The translations under genes and the position numbers were made by a program. This document shows, piece by piece, positions 10,201-25,200 of a stretch of DNA of 64,000 bases (its first letter is position 1; each line of letters opens with the position of its first letter). This stretch comes from Amphiscolops sp. MND2022 (lineage: Eukaryota), in NCBI GenBank assembly GCA_964187785.1, contig OZ076409.1:75580001-75644000 (forward strand). Direction: 5' to 3'. Under the pieces are notes generated by a model. It ran no database searches and was not told where the DNA came from. It was given only the letters and a program-made list of their open reading frames with translations.

Positions 10201-13200
10201 AAAAATTGGGATCTCGTAAACTAGCCATACGATTTGGCTGAAATTTGGCACACGTACCCCCCTCGGCACGGTGAAGATGATTCCCTACTGACGTTTTTCT
10301 CGCTAAACATTTTTTGTTGACCAAAATAACGGTTTTTGGGGTAAAATTTTGAATTTTTTTTAAATTTCATCTTGTATCTCGCCACGGGTTTACGCTAGCG
10401 CTTCCAAACCTTGCTGACGAAAGCTTGCAAACTGTCTCAGAAATGCGGTGTGAAATTTTCAGCTCAATCGGACTCAAACTCGGGGAGATATAGCGTTTTT
10501 CCGGAGCGGGGGGGTTTCATTTTTCTAACGGTCCAGCTTATCTTTGCCATTTTTTCGAAAATGCACTCGCCTAAAGGCCTCCCCTGGCCGGTTTTATTCC
10601 CAGCAAAACCATTTGGCCCTAAATACGGAGTTTCAGCGTTCTAGCATTCCCGGGCGAAAAGTTGTGGGACTTAGAATTTTTCAAAAATTTTCAAAAATTT
10701 TTTTTTCCGTTATTTGGGCCCCCAAAGTGGGGGAAAGCACCCCCCAACCAGTAAAGCAAGTGAATGCATCTGGAAAGCCCTTGTTTAGACAAGAAAAATG
10801 GCGTTTAGAATGTCTTTTTATCTTAACTTGACATTGACTTTTGTCGTTTTGAAGGTGACCGTTAGATACAGAAAATTGATATTTTGAGTATTTATCCCAT
10901 CTGAAAGCCATTGAGATACAACATGTTTTGCTCAAAACGTGTTTCATTGCAGTTCCGCTGTCCATTGACACCCTTTGATGTCTTTTGACGTAATTTTCTT
11001 TTCTATAATAACAATTTTTTGTGTATTTATTCATTTTTTTCTCATCAAATAACTTGAAACAGTTGAGTACATTCCATCTCCCTTCCCGGGGGAGATGAGA
11101 ATGTACTCGCTAAAGGTCAGGAACTACGGTCTATATCTTCCACAACACAAAAGCAATTGAAAATTGTTTCAGTTTGTCGCAGAAAACTTTTCTTTTTGCA
11201 CTCAGTGACTCGGCAAAGTGAACGATTTTGACCCATATTGAATCTTACTTTACCACAACTCATCTCTAACGTCAACGCCCCCCACACACATCAACGCCCC
11301 CCGTCCGTGGGCATGCCGAGGCATGCCCTTCGACGACGTATAACAAAATATATTCGAACGCGGTAGCCGCTAGGTGGCCGTGTCTTTTCGACGTGCTTTT
11401 GCATCGAGGAGTGGGTAGGGCCCCGCGACGACCTAGAAGAATTGGATGCTCACCGAAACGTGCAGAATTCTACGAGATCTCATAGTTTGAGCCATACGAT
11501 TTTTCTGAAATTTGGCATGTGGCCTGGAATTGGTGAGTAGGTAAAACGTGTAGGAGGTAATTTTTCCCAAATTCCATTGTGAGAGGAGATATGGGCAAAT
11601 AACGGACCCAAAAATGGGGAAAATGCACTTTTTTCAAGTTTGTCAGCCAAAATCTCATTTCCAGGTGCCCGTAGCGTCCCGCACGTGGACGTCAATATTG
11701 CTCAGCGCTGTTAGAGGAGTGCGTGGACAAATTTTGGTTGAAATCGGACGAAAACGTGAGGAGAAATTAACGGTTTTCCGGGTGTTTCCGGGTTAAAATT
11801 TTTAACGGTCCAGCTTATCTTTGCCATTTTTTCGAAAATGTACTTGCCTAAAGGCCTCCCCCTGGCCGAATTTCCTCCCAGCAAACCCATTTGGCCCTAA
11901 ATACGGAGTTTCAGCGTTCCAGCATTTCCGGGCGAAAAGTTGTGGGACTTAGAAAAATTTCAAAATTTTTCAAAAAATTTTTTTTCGTTTTCCGGGCCCC
12001 CAATGAAGGGGAACGACCCCCCAACCAGTATTTTGAGTGATTGCATATCGAAAGCCCTTGTTTTGACGAGAAAAATACCGTTTCGAACATCTTTTTATTT
12101 TAACTTGGCGTTGACTTATGACGTTTTGAATGTGATGTTAGGATGTGTGAGGCATGTGAAAAGTTGATGTTTTGAGTATTTATCTCATGTGAAAGCGATT
12201 GAGATACAAGCTGTTTCGCTCAAAACGGGTTTCATCGTAATTTCGCAGTGCATCATTGACCTTTGTTGTCTTTTGAAGAATTTTTTCTTCATATAACAAC
12301 AATTTTGGTGTGTTTCTTCCAATTTTTCTCATCTTCTAATTTGAAACAGTTGAGTACATTTCATCTCCCTTTCGGGGGAGATGAGAATGTACTCGCTAAA
12401 AACCTAGTGCTTTTGCGCCGCAATGTTTGCAAAAGTTGTTATTATTGCTGTTCCATCAGCATTTTCTAACTGACTTTTTTAAAACTATCAATTAACTTGA
12501 AGTACATTACTTGAACTTACTACTAATACCATACATCTCTAACGACAACGCACCCTGCTTGCATCAACGCCCACCGTCCGTGGGCATGCCGAGGCATGCC
12601 CTTCGACGACGTATGCCAAATACCAAATGCCACGCTGTCATTATCGCTAGGTGGCCGTGTCTTTTCGACGTGCTTTTGCATCGAGGAGTGGGTAGGGCCC
12701 CGCGACGACCTAGAAGAATTGGATGCTCACCGAAACGTGCAGAATTCTACGAGATCTCATAGTTTGAGCCATACGATTTTTCTGAAATTTGACATGTGGC
12801 CTGGAATTGGTGAGTAGGTAAAACGTGTAGGAGGTAATTTTTCCCAAATTCCATTGTGAGAGGAGATATGGGCAAATAACGGACCCAAAATTGGGGAAAA
12901 TGCACTTTTTTCAAGTTTGTCAGCCAAAATCTCATTTCCAGGTGCCCGTAGCGTCCCGCACGTGGACGTCAATATTGCTCAGCGCTGTTAGAGGAGTGCG
13001 TGGACAAATTTTGGTTGAAATCGGACGAAAACGTGAGGAGAAATTAACGGTTTTCCGGGTGTTTCCGGGTTAAAATTTTTAACGGTCCAGCTTATCTTTG
13101 CCATTTTTTCGAAAATGTACTTGCCTAAAGGCCTCCCCTTGGCCGAATTTCCTCCCAGCAAACCCATTTGGCCCTAAATACGGAGTTTCAGCGTTCCAGC

Positions 13201-16200
13201 ATTTCCGGGTGAAAAGTTGTGGGACTTAGAAAAATTTCAAAATTTTTCAAAAATTTTTTTTTCGTTTTCCGGGCCCCCAATGAAGGGGAACGACCCCCCA
13301 ACCAGTATTTTGAGTGATTGCATATCGAAAGCCCTTGTTTTGACGAGAAAAATACCGTTTCGAACATCTTTTTATTTTAACTTGGCGTTGACTTATGACG
13401 TTTTGAATGTGATGTTAGGATGTGTGAGGCATGTGAAAAGTTGATGTTTTGAGTCTTTATCTCATGTGAAAGCGATTGAGATACAAGCTGTTTCGCTCAA
13501 AACGGGTTTCATCGTAATTTCGCAGTGCATCATTGACCTTTGTTGTCTTTTGAAGAATTTTTTCTTCATATAACAACAATTTTGGTGTGTTTCTTCCAAT
13601 TTTTCTCATCTTCTAATTTGAAACAGTTGAGTACATTTCATCTCCCTTTCGGGGGAGATGAGAATGTACTCGCTAAAAACCTAGTGCTTTTGCGCCGCAA
13701 TGTTTGCAAAAGTTGTTATTATTGCTGTTCCATCAGCATTTTCTAACTGACTTTTTTAAAACTATCAATTAACTTGAAGTACATTACTTGAACTTACTAC
13801 TAATACCATACATCTCTAACGACAACGCACCCTGCTTGCATCAACGCCCACCGTCCGTGGGCATGCCGAGGCATGCCCTTCGACGACGTATGCCAAATAC
13901 CAAATGCCACGCTGTCATTATCGCTAGGTGCCGGTGTTTTCTTCACTTTTGAGGAAGTTGCGCGTGTGGGTAGGGCCCCTGGCGCGCTCCGTTGTCCCTG
14001 TGTTTACATCTTAGAAAATTTGAAAAAAAAATTGAGATCTCGAGAACTCTCCTAACGATTTGGCTAAAATTTTGCATGCGGCTTCCTATAACAATTCTAA
14101 GAACTAATCCCTAGTGGCGTTTTGCCCGGAAAATTTTTTTTGTTGACTTATTCACAATTTTAGGTCCGAAAAATGGCGTTTTTTCGAAAAATTTTTTTTC
14201 AAGAGCCCATATCTCACTCCCAGTTGCCCGGAGCGATTCGTACGTGGACGTGATATTGCTGGGCACTTCATCAGGAGTCCGTATACAAATTTTCGTCTAA
14301 ATCGGATAAAAATTGACTAAGTAATAGCCGCAAAACGGACGCATTTTTCCGACATTTTTCGAAAACCTAGTCTATCTCTGCCGTTTTTTGCCCAGATTTT
14401 TTTTGAGACACTCTCCTAAAGACCTCCCCTGGCCGGTTTACCTCCCAGCAAAACCATTTGGCCCTAAATACGAAGTTTCAGCGTTCTAGCATTCCCGGGC
14501 GAAAAGTTGTGGGACTTAGAAAAAATTTTTGAAAACGCAAAATGTGTAAAGTCAACTTCAGGCCTCCCAAAGTCAAGAAACTTCCACACAACTAGGATTG
14601 CAAGTGAATGCATGTAGAAAGTACTCGAATAGACGAGAAAAATGAGCTATAGAACGACTCTGTAGCTTAACTTGACGTTGACTTATGACATTTTGAGTGT
14701 GAGCTTGCTTTGTGATAAAAAATGCAAAACATGAAAATGGAAGCAAAGTCTCGTCGAAAACCCATCGGAACACGTTTAATTCATCCCAGAGCGGTTTATT
14801 TACTGCTGTCTAATGCAGCAACACCATTCAAGATCATTTGACTCATTTTTATAAGTTTTGATTTTGTCTTATTCATCCGATAGCACAAAACAGTTGAGTA
14901 CATTCCATCTCCCCTCCGTGGGAGATGAGAATGTACTCGCTAAAGTCCAGGTACTACAGCCCATATTTGTTTTTATGCGATGCTCTTTATGCTAGTGAGC
15001 ATATGTGTTAATCTTTTAACTGAATTTTTTTTCGTCTGTACTTTGATTTTGACTTGACATATACTGAACGTTTTGTCCTTACAACATACGCATGACTAAC
15101 GTCAACGCCCCATCCTTGCATCAACGCCCACCGTCCGTGGGCATGCCGAGGCATGCCCTTCGACGACATATAGCCAAATATATTCGAACGCGGTAGCCGC
15201 TAGGTGGCCGTGTCTTTTCGACGTGCTTTTGCATTGAGGAGTGGGTAGGGCCCCGCGACGACCTAGAAGAATTGGATGCTCACCGAAACGTGCAGAATTC
15301 TACGAGATCTCATAGTTTGAGCCATACGATTTTTCTGAAATTTGGCATGTGGCCTGGAATTGGTGAGTAGGTAAAACGTGTAGAAGGTAATTTTTCCCAA
15401 ATTCCACTGTGAGAGGAGATATGGGCAAATAACGGACCCAAAAATGGCAAAAGTGCACATTTTTCAACTTTGTCAGCCAATATCTCTTTTCCAGGTGCCC
15501 GTAGCGTTCCGCACGTGGACATCAATATTGCTCAGCGCTGTTGGAGGAGTGCGTGGACAAATTTTGGTTGAAATCGGACTTAAACTTGACGAGAAATTAA
15601 CGGTTTTTTGGGCGTTTCCGGGGTAAATTTTTTAACGGTCCAGCTTATCTTTGCCATTTTTTCGAAAATGTACATGCCTAAAGGCCTCCCCCTGGCCGAA
15701 TTTACTCCCAGCAAACCCATTTGGCCCTAAATACGGAGTTTCAGCGTTCCAGCATTCCGGGGCGGAAAGTTGTGGGACTTGGAAAAATTTCAAATTTTTT
15801 TCAAAATTTTTTTTCCCGTTTTCCGGGCCCCCAATGAAGGGGAACGACCCCCCAACCAGTATTTTGAGTGAATTCATGTGGAACGCCCATGTTTGGAGGA
15901 GAAAAATGCCGTTTAGAACATCTTTTTATCTTAACTTGACATTGACTTATGACGTTTTGAATGTGATGTTAGGATATATGAAGCATGTTAAAAGTTGAAG
16001 TTTTGAGTCTTTATCTCATCGGAAAACCATTGAGATACAAGCAGTTTTGCTAAAAACGATTTTCATTGTAGGTTAGCAGAGTATTAGTACACTTTGATGT
16101 CATTTGAGTATTTTTTTCTTCTATATAATAACTGTTTTTATGTATTTATTCCAATTTATCTCATCTTTTAACATCAAGCAGTTGAGTACATTTCATCTCC

Positions 16201-19200
16201 CTTTCGGGGGAGATGAGAATGTACTCGCTAAAAAACTAATGCTTTGGCGCCAATGTTTGGATGGGAAGTTTTCTATGCTTTGAAAAAAGTTATTTTTAAT
16301 TACTTGATTTTTTAAAACAATAATTAACATGAAGTACATTACTTGCTCCTACTACTACCACCATACATCTCTAACGTCAACGCCCCCTGCTTGCATCAAC
16401 GCCCCATCGTCCGTGGGCATGCCGAGGCATGCCCTTCGACGACGTATGCCAAATGCCCAGTGCCACGCAGTCTTTCCCCGCTAGGTGCCGGGATTTCCAT
16501 TCGATAAGGAATTCTGCGCGTGTGGGTAGGGCCCCTGGCGCGCTCCTGTGTTTTCGGTTTTCCTACTCCTAAATAGACCCCCTGAATTCCGGGATCTCCC
16601 AAACTATCCATACGATTTGGCTGAAATTTGGCACACGTACCCCCCTCGGCACGGTGAAGATGATTTCCTACTGACGTTTTTCCCGCTAAACATTTTTTGT
16701 TGACCAAAATAACGGTTTTTGGGGTAAAATTTTGAACTTTTTTTAAATTTCATCTTATATCTCGCCACGGGTACACGCTAGCGCTTCCAAACCTTGCTGA
16801 CGAAAGTTTGCAAACTGTCTCAGGAATGCTGTGTGAAATTTTCAGCTCAATCGGACTTAAACTCGAGGAGATATAGCGTTTTCCCGGAGCGGGGGGGTTT
16901 CAATTTTCTAACGGTCCAGCTTATCTTTGCCATTTTTTCGAAAATGCACTCGCCTAAAGGCCTCCCCTGGCCGGTTTTATTCCCAACAAAACCATTTGGC
17001 CCTAAATACGGAGTTTCAGCGTTCCAGCATTCCCGGGCGAAAAGTTGTGGGACTTAGAAAAGTTCAAAAATTTTCAAAAAAAAATTTTTCCGTTATTTGG
17101 GCCCTCAAAGTGGGGGAAAAGACCCCCCAACCAGTAAAGCAAGTGAATGCATGTGGAAAGCCCTTGTTTAGACGAGAAAAATGCCGTCTAGAACGTCTTT
17201 TTATCTTAACTTGACATTGACTTTTGTCGTTTTGAAGGTGACCGTTAGATACGGAAAATTGATGTTTTGAGTATTTATCCCATCTGAAAGCCATTGAGAT
17301 ACAACATGTTTTGCTCAAAACGTGTTTCATTGCAGTTTCGCTGTCCATTATCACCCTTTGGTGTCTTTTCACGTAATTTTCGTTTCTATAATAACAATTT
17401 TTTTGTGTATTTATTCATTTTATTCTCATCAAATAACTTGAAACAGTTGAGTACATTCCATCTCCCTTCCCGGGGGAGATGAGAATGTACTCGCTAAAGG
17501 TCAGGAACTACGGTCTATATCTTCCACAACACAAATGGGATTGCAAATGGTTTCAGTTTGTCGCAGAAAACTTCTTTTTGCCCTCTGTGACTCGACAAAA
17601 TGAACGTTTCTTACTTACTTTGAAACTCAGCATACCACAACTCATCTCTAACGTCAGCGCCCCCCTACTTGCATCAACGCCCACCGTCCGTGGGCATGCC
17701 GAGGCATGCCCTTCGACGACGTATACCAAGATATACCTGGAGCGCGGTAGCCGCTAGGTGCCGGTGTTTTTTTACACAATGGGGGATGTTGCGCGGTTGG
17801 GGAGGGTCCCTGACGCGCTTCCGTGGTATCGGGTCTTTCAACCGATGAAAACGACATAAAAAATTGGGATCTCGTAAACTAGCCATACGATTTGGCTGAA
17901 ATTTGGCACACGTACCCCCCTCGGCACGGTGAAGATGATTCCCTACTGACGTTTTTCCCGCTAAACATTTTTTGTTGACCAAAATAACGGTTTTTGGGGT
18001 AAAATTTTCAACTTTTTTTCAATTTCATCTTATATCTCGCCACGGGTACACGCTAGCGCTTCCAAACCTTGCTGACGAAAGTTTGCAAACTGTCTCAGGA
18101 ATGCGGTGTGAAATTTTCAGCTCAATCGGACTCAAACTCGAGGAGATATAGCGTTTTTCCGGAGCGGGGGGGTTTCATTTTTCTAACGGTCCAGCTTATC
18201 TTTGCCATTTTTTCGAAAATGCACTCGCCTAAAGGCCTCCCCTGGCCGGTTTTATTCCCAGCAAAACCATTTGGCCCTAAATACGGAGTTTCAGCGTTCC
18301 AGCATTCCTGGGCGAAAAGTTGTGGGACTTAGAAAAGTTGAAAAATTTTCAAAAAAATTTTTTCCGTTATTTGGGCCCTCAAAGTGGGGGAAAAGACCCC
18401 CCAACCAGTAAAGCAAGTGAATGCATGTGGAAAGCCCTTGTTTAGACGAGAAAAATGCCGTTTAGAACGTCTTTTTATCTTAACTTGACATTGACTTTTG
18501 TCGTTTTGAAGGTGACCGTTAGATACGGAAAATTGATGTTTTGAGTATTTATCCCATCTGAAAGCCATTGAGATACAACATGTTTTGCTCAAAACGTGTT
18601 TCATTGCAATTTCGCTGTCCATTATCACCCTTTGATGTCTTTTCACGTAATTTTCGTTTCTATAATAACAATTTTTTGTGTATTTATTCATTATTTTCTC
18701 ATCAAATAACTTGAAACAGTTGAGTACATTCCATCTCCCTTCCCGGGGGAGATGAGAATGTACTCGCTAAAGGTCAGGAACTACGGTCTATATCTTCCAC
18801 AACACAAAAGGGATTGCAAATGGTTTCAGTTTGTCGCAGAAAACTTCTTTTTGCCCTCTGTGACTCGACAAAATGAACGTTTCTTACTTACTTTGAAACT
18901 CAGCATACCACAACTCATCTCTAACGTCAGCGGCCCCCCTACTTGCATCAACGCCCACCGTCCGTGGGCATGCCGAGGCATGCCCTTCGACGACGTATAC
19001 CAAGATATACCTGGAGCGCGGTAGCCGCTAGGTGCCGGGATTTCTATTCGATAAAGTATGTGGCGCGTGTGGGTAGGGTCCCTGGCGCGCTCTTGGGTAT
19101 GGTGTTCACCAGCTAGGAAATAGGGGTCGATTTTTCGGGATCTCCTAAACTAGCCACACGATTTGGCTGAAATTTGGCACACGTACCCCCCTCGGCACGG

Positions 19201-22200
19201 TGAAGATGATTTCCTACTGACGTTTTTCCCGCAAAATTTTTTTTGTTGTCCAAAATAACGGTTTTTGGGGTAAAATTTTGAATTTTTTTTAAATTTTATC
19301 TTATATCTCGCCACCGGTTTACGCTAGCGCTTCAAAACCCTGCTAAAGAAAGCTTGCAAACTGTCTCAGGAATGCGTTGTGAAATTTTCAGCTCAATCGG
19401 ACTTAAACTCGGGGAGATATAGCGTTTTTCCGGAGCGGGGGGGTTTCATTTTTCTAACGGTCCAGCTTATCTTTGCCATTTTTTCGAAAATGCACTCGCC
19501 TAAAGGCCTCCCCTGGCCGGTTTTACTCCCAGCAAAACCATTTGGCCCTAAATACGGAGTTTCAGCGTTCCAGCATTCCGGGGCGAAAAGTTGTGGGACT
19601 TAGTAAATTTCAAAAATTTTCAAAAAATTTTTTTTTCGTTATTTGGGCCCCCAAAGTGGGGGAAAAGACCCCCAACCAGTAATTTGAGTGAATTCATGTG
19701 GAAAGGCCATGTTTAGCGGAGAAAAATGCCTTTTAGATCGTCTTTTTATTTTAACCTGTTGTTGACTTATGTTGTTTTGAAGGTGATGTTTGGATGTGTG
19801 AAGCATGTGAAAAGGTAATTTTTCGTGTCTTTATCTCTTCTAAAAGCCATTGAGATGCAATCTGTTTTGCTCAAAACGTAATTCAACGCAATTTGGCAGT
19901 CAATGAACACAATTTGGTGTCTTTTGTTATATTTTTCTGTTGATATAATAAAAAATTTTGTGTCTTTATTCATTTTTTTTAAATAAAATAACTTGAAACA
20001 GTTGAGTACATTCCATCCCCCCTTCCGGGGGAGATGGAAATGTACTCGCTAAAAGCCGCGAACAAGAGCCCATACCTTCCTGCGGTACGCAGTATAAAGA
20101 TTGCATGTTGGTTCCGACTTTTTGGTAGTGTTATATCTTGGTAATTTGACTGAATATGGAGAAAAATCAGCACGTGCTCTTTTATAGCAAGTTGCTGACA
20201 ACGACAATTTTTATTTATCAACGCCCCCATATTTATCAACGTCCCCCGTCCGTGGGCATGCCGAGGCATGCCCTTCGACGACGTGCACCAAGATATACCC
20301 CAAGCGCGTTAGCCTAGGTGCCGGGATTTCTATTCGATAAAGTATTTTGCGCGGTTGGGTAGGGCCCCGTGAGCGCGCCAGGGGATTGTGTTAGAACAAC
20401 CGGAAATTCGGCATACGATTTTGACAATTTTCTAAACTATCCATACGATTTGGCTCAAATTTGGCATACGGGTTCCTGAGACAGATATAAGAACTAATTC
20501 CTACTGGCGTTTTGCCCGGAAAATTTTTTTTGTTGCCCAAAATAGAAATTTTCGGCAAAAAAATGCGATTTTTTTTGAAAATTTTTTTTTGAGAGGCCAT
20601 ATCTTTTTTCAGGGTGCCCGGAGCGGGACGCGTTAAACTGATTATAAACTCTACGGTTCATGGGCTTTACGGAGAACCTAAGCTCGTTTCGCTCGGACAA
20701 ATAGTCTGGGAGATATAACGGGATTTTTCGGGAATTTTTTGAAAATTTTTCTAACGGTCCAGCTTATCTTTGCCATTTTTTTCAAAAATGCACTCGCCTA
20801 AAGGCCTCCCCTGGCCGGTTTTATTCCCAGCAAAACCATTTGGCCCTAAATACGGAGTTTCAGCGTTCCAGCATTCCCGGGCGAAAAGTTGTGGGACTTA
20901 GAAAAATTTCAAAATTTTTCAAAAAATTTTTTTCCGTTTTCCGCCCTCCCCCCCGAGGGGAAAAGACCCCCAACCAGTAATTTGAGTGAATTCATGTGGA
21001 AAGGCCATGTTTAGAGGAGAAAAATGCCGTTTAGATCGTCTTTTTATTTTAACCTGTCGTTGACTTATGTTGTTTTGAAGGTGATGTTTGGATGTGTGAA
21101 GCATGTGAAAAGGTAATTTATTGTGTCTTTAGCTCTTCTAAAAGCCATTGAGATACAAGGTGTAGCACTCAGAACGTGTTTAATTCTAAATTAGCAATGC
21201 ATCAACACTTTTTGTGTCTTTGGACTCTGTTAAAAAAATTTTTCCGACTAAAATCAAAAATTATTTATAATTATTCACATTTTTTTTCTGATCTCATGAC
21301 TCGAAACAGTTGAGTACATTCCATCTCCCTTCCCGGGGGAGATGAGAATGTACTCTCTAAAGACCAGGTACTACAGTACTTACCTTCCCCGAGCAACGCC
21401 CCATAAAAATTGCGTTTTGATCATTCTATTTTGACATAATTCTATCTTTGTAATTTGACTGGAAATGAAGAAAATCCGCACGTGCTCTTTTATATCAAGT
21501 ATCTTAACAACGCCATCTCTTTAACGTCAACGCCCCATAGTTCACATCAACGCCCACCGTCCGTGGGCATGCCGAGGCATGCCCTTCGACGACGTATGCC
21601 AAAGATATTCCCGAGCGCGTTAGCCTAGGTGCCGGGATTTCTATTCGATAAAGTATGTGGCGCGCCTTGGGTAGGGTCCCTTGCGCGCTCTTGGGTATGG
21701 TGTTCACCAGCTAGGAAACAGGGGTCGATTTTTCGGGATCTCGTAAACTAGCCACACGATGTGGCTGAAATTTGGTACACGTACTCCCCTCGGCACGGTG
21801 AAGATGATTTCCTACTGACGTTTTTCCCGCAAAATTTTTTTTGTTGTCCAAAATAACGGTTTTTGGGGTAAAATTTTGAATTTTTTTTAAATTTTATCTT
21901 ATATCTCGCCACCGGTTTACGCTAGCGCTTCAAAACCCTGCTAAAGAAAGCTTGCAAACTTTCTCAGGAATGCGGTGTGAAATTTTGAGCTCAATCGGAC
22001 TTAAACTCAGGGAGATATAGCGTTTTTCCGGAGCGGGGGGGTTTCATTTTTCTAACGGTCCAGCTTATCTTAGCCATTTTTTCGAAAATGTACTCACCTA
22101 AAGACCTCCCCTGGCCGGTTTTATTCCCAGCAAAACCATTTGGCCCTAAATACGGAGTTTCAGCGTTCCAGCATTCCCGGGCGAAAAGTTGTGGGACTTA

Positions 22201-25200
22201 GAAAAATTCAAAAATTTTCAAAAAAATTTTTTTCCGTTTTCCGCCCTCCCCCCCTAGGGGAAAAGACCCCCCAACCAGTAATTTGAGTGAATTCATGTGG
22301 AAAGGCCATGTTTAGACGAAAAATTGCCGTTTAGAACGTCTTTCTATCTCAACCTGACATTGACTTATGAAGCTTTAAAGGTGATGTTTGGACGTGTGAA
22401 GCATGTAAAAAAAGGAATTTTTTTGATTTTATTTCATCAGAAAGTCATTGAATCACACGCTGTGAAGCCCAGAGCGTGGTTTCTAATAGTTTGGTATCGT
22501 TTAAACGCATTTTGGTGTCTTTTTACTCTGTTTAAAAAACTTTTCTCCTGAAAATTAATAAATTTTGATTACTTTTCTTACTTTCCATTAATTTTTTTTT
22601 CTTATATTTTTACTTGAAACAGTTGAGTACATTCCATCTCCCTTCCCGGGGGAGATGAGAATGTACTCGCAAAAAGCCGCGAACTACGGCCCATACCTTC
22701 CCGAGATACGCAGTATAAAGATAACATAATGGTCCAGACATTTTAATGGAGTTGTATCTTGGTAATATGTCTGGATTTGCAGAAAAATCAGCACGTGCCA
22801 TTTTATACCAAGTTGCTCGCAACGACAATTAATTTAAATCAACGCCCCCCACAAAAATCAACGCCCCCCTGTCCGTGGGCATGCCGAGGCATGCCCTTCG
22901 ACGACGTGCACCAAAATATGCCCCGAGCGCGGTAGCAGCTAGGTGCCCGGATTTCTATTCATTAAAGTATGTTGCGCGTGTGGGTAGGGCCCCTGGCGCG
23001 CTCTTGTGTCCCTGTTCTCATAACTGCAATTTCCGGCAGCATTCTGAGCGATTTTCTAAACTATCCATACGATTCGGCTGAAATTTGGCACACGCACTCC
23101 CCTCGGCACGGTGAAGATGATTTCCTACTGACGTTTTTCCCGCAAAATTTTTTTTGTTGTCCAAAATAACGGTTTTTGGGGTAAAATTTTGAACTTTTTT
23201 TAAATTTCATCTTATATCTCGCCACGGGTTTACGTTAGCGCTTCAAAACCCTGCTAAAGAAAGCTTGCAAACTGTCTCAGGAATGCGGTGTGAAATTTTC
23301 AGCTCAATCGGACTTAAACTCAGGGAGATATAGTGTTTTTCCGGAGCGGGGGGGTTTCATTTTTCTAACGGTCCAGCTTATCTTTGCCATTTTTTCGAAA
23401 ATGCACTCGCCTAAAGGCCTCCCCTGGCCGGTTTTATTCCCAAGAAAACCATTTGGCCCTAAATACGGAGTTTCAGCGTTCCAGCATTCCCGGGCGAAAA
23501 GTTGTGGGACTTAGAAAAGTTCAAAAGTTTTCAAAAAATTTTTTTTCCGTTTTCCGCCCTCCCACCCTAGGGGAAAAGACCCCCCAACCAGTAATTTGAG
23601 TGAATTCATGTGGAAAGGCCATGTTTAGAGGAGAAAAATACCGTTTAGATCGTCTTTTTATCTTTATTCAACGTTGACTTATGACGTTTTGAAGGTGATG
23701 TTTGGAGGTGTGAAGCACGTGAAAAGTAAACGTTATGAGTACTTATCTGATCTGAAAGCCATTGAGATGCAACCTGTTTTGCTCAAAACGTAATTCATAT
23801 CAGTTTGGTAGTCAATCAACACCCTTTGTTGTCATTTGACATCTTTTTTTGTTGATATAAGAAAAAATTTTGTGTATTTATTCATTTTTTTCTCATCAAA
23901 TAACTTGAAACAGTTGAGTACATTCCATCCCCCCTTCACGGGGGAGATGAGAATGTACTCGCAAAAAGCCCCGAACTACGGCCCTTACCTTCCTGAGCTA
24001 CGCAGTATAAAGATTGCATATTGGTTCCGACATTTTGATAGAGTTAAATCTTGGTAATCTGTCTGGGTATGCAGAAAAACCAGCACGTGCTTTTTTATAC
24101 CAAGTTGCTCACAACGACATTTATTTTATATCAACGCCCCCATATTTATCAACGCCCCCCGTCCGTGGGCATGCCGAGGCATGCCCTTCGACGACGTATA
24201 CCAAGATATACTTCGAGCGCGTTAGCCTAGGTGCCGGGATTTCTATTCGTTCGAGTATGTGGCGCGTGTGGGTAGGGCCCCTGGCGCGCTCTTGTGTTTC
24301 GGGTTTTCCTACTCCTAAACCGGGTTCAGATTTTCGGGATCTCGTAAACTAGCCATACGATTTGGCTGAAATTTGGCACACGTACCCCCCTCGGCACGGT
24401 GAAGATGATTCCCTACTGACGTTTTGCCCGCTAAACATTTTTTGTTGACCAAAATAACGGTTTTTGGTGGAAAATTTTTGATTTTTTTTAAATTTCATCC
24501 TATATCTCGCCACGGGTTTACGCTAGCGCTTCAAAATCTTGCTGACGAAAGTTTGCAAACTGTCTCAGGAATGCGGTGTGAAATTTTCAGCTCAATCGGA
24601 CATAAACTCGGGGAGATATCGCGTTTTTCCGGAGCGGGGGGGTTTCATTTTTCTAACGGTCCAGCTTATCTTTGCCATTTTTTCGAAAATGCACTCGCCT
24701 AAAGGCCTCCCCTGGCCGGTTTTACTCCCAAAAAACCATTTGGCCCTAAATACGGAGTTTCAGCGTTCTAGCATTCTCGGGCGAAAAGTTGTGGGACTTA
24801 GAAAATTTCAAAAATTTTCAAAAAAAAATTTTTTTGTTATTTGGGCCCCCAAAGTGGGGGAAAGGACCCCCCAACCATTAATTTGAGTGAATGCATGTGC
24901 AAAGCCCTTGTATAGAGGAGAAAAATGCCGTTTAGAACGTCTTTTTATCTTTACTCAACGTTGACTTATGACGTTTTGAAGGTGACCGTTAGATATGGAA
25001 AATTGATGTTTTGAGTATTTATCTCATCTGAAAGCCATTGAGATACAACATGTTTTGCTCAAAACGGGTTTCATTGCAGTTTCGCTGTCTATTAACACCC
25101 TTTGGTGACTTTTGACATATTTTTGCTTTTATATAAAACCAATTTTTTGTGCATTTTTTTCTTTTTTTTTTCATCTAATATCTTGAAACAGTTGAGTACA

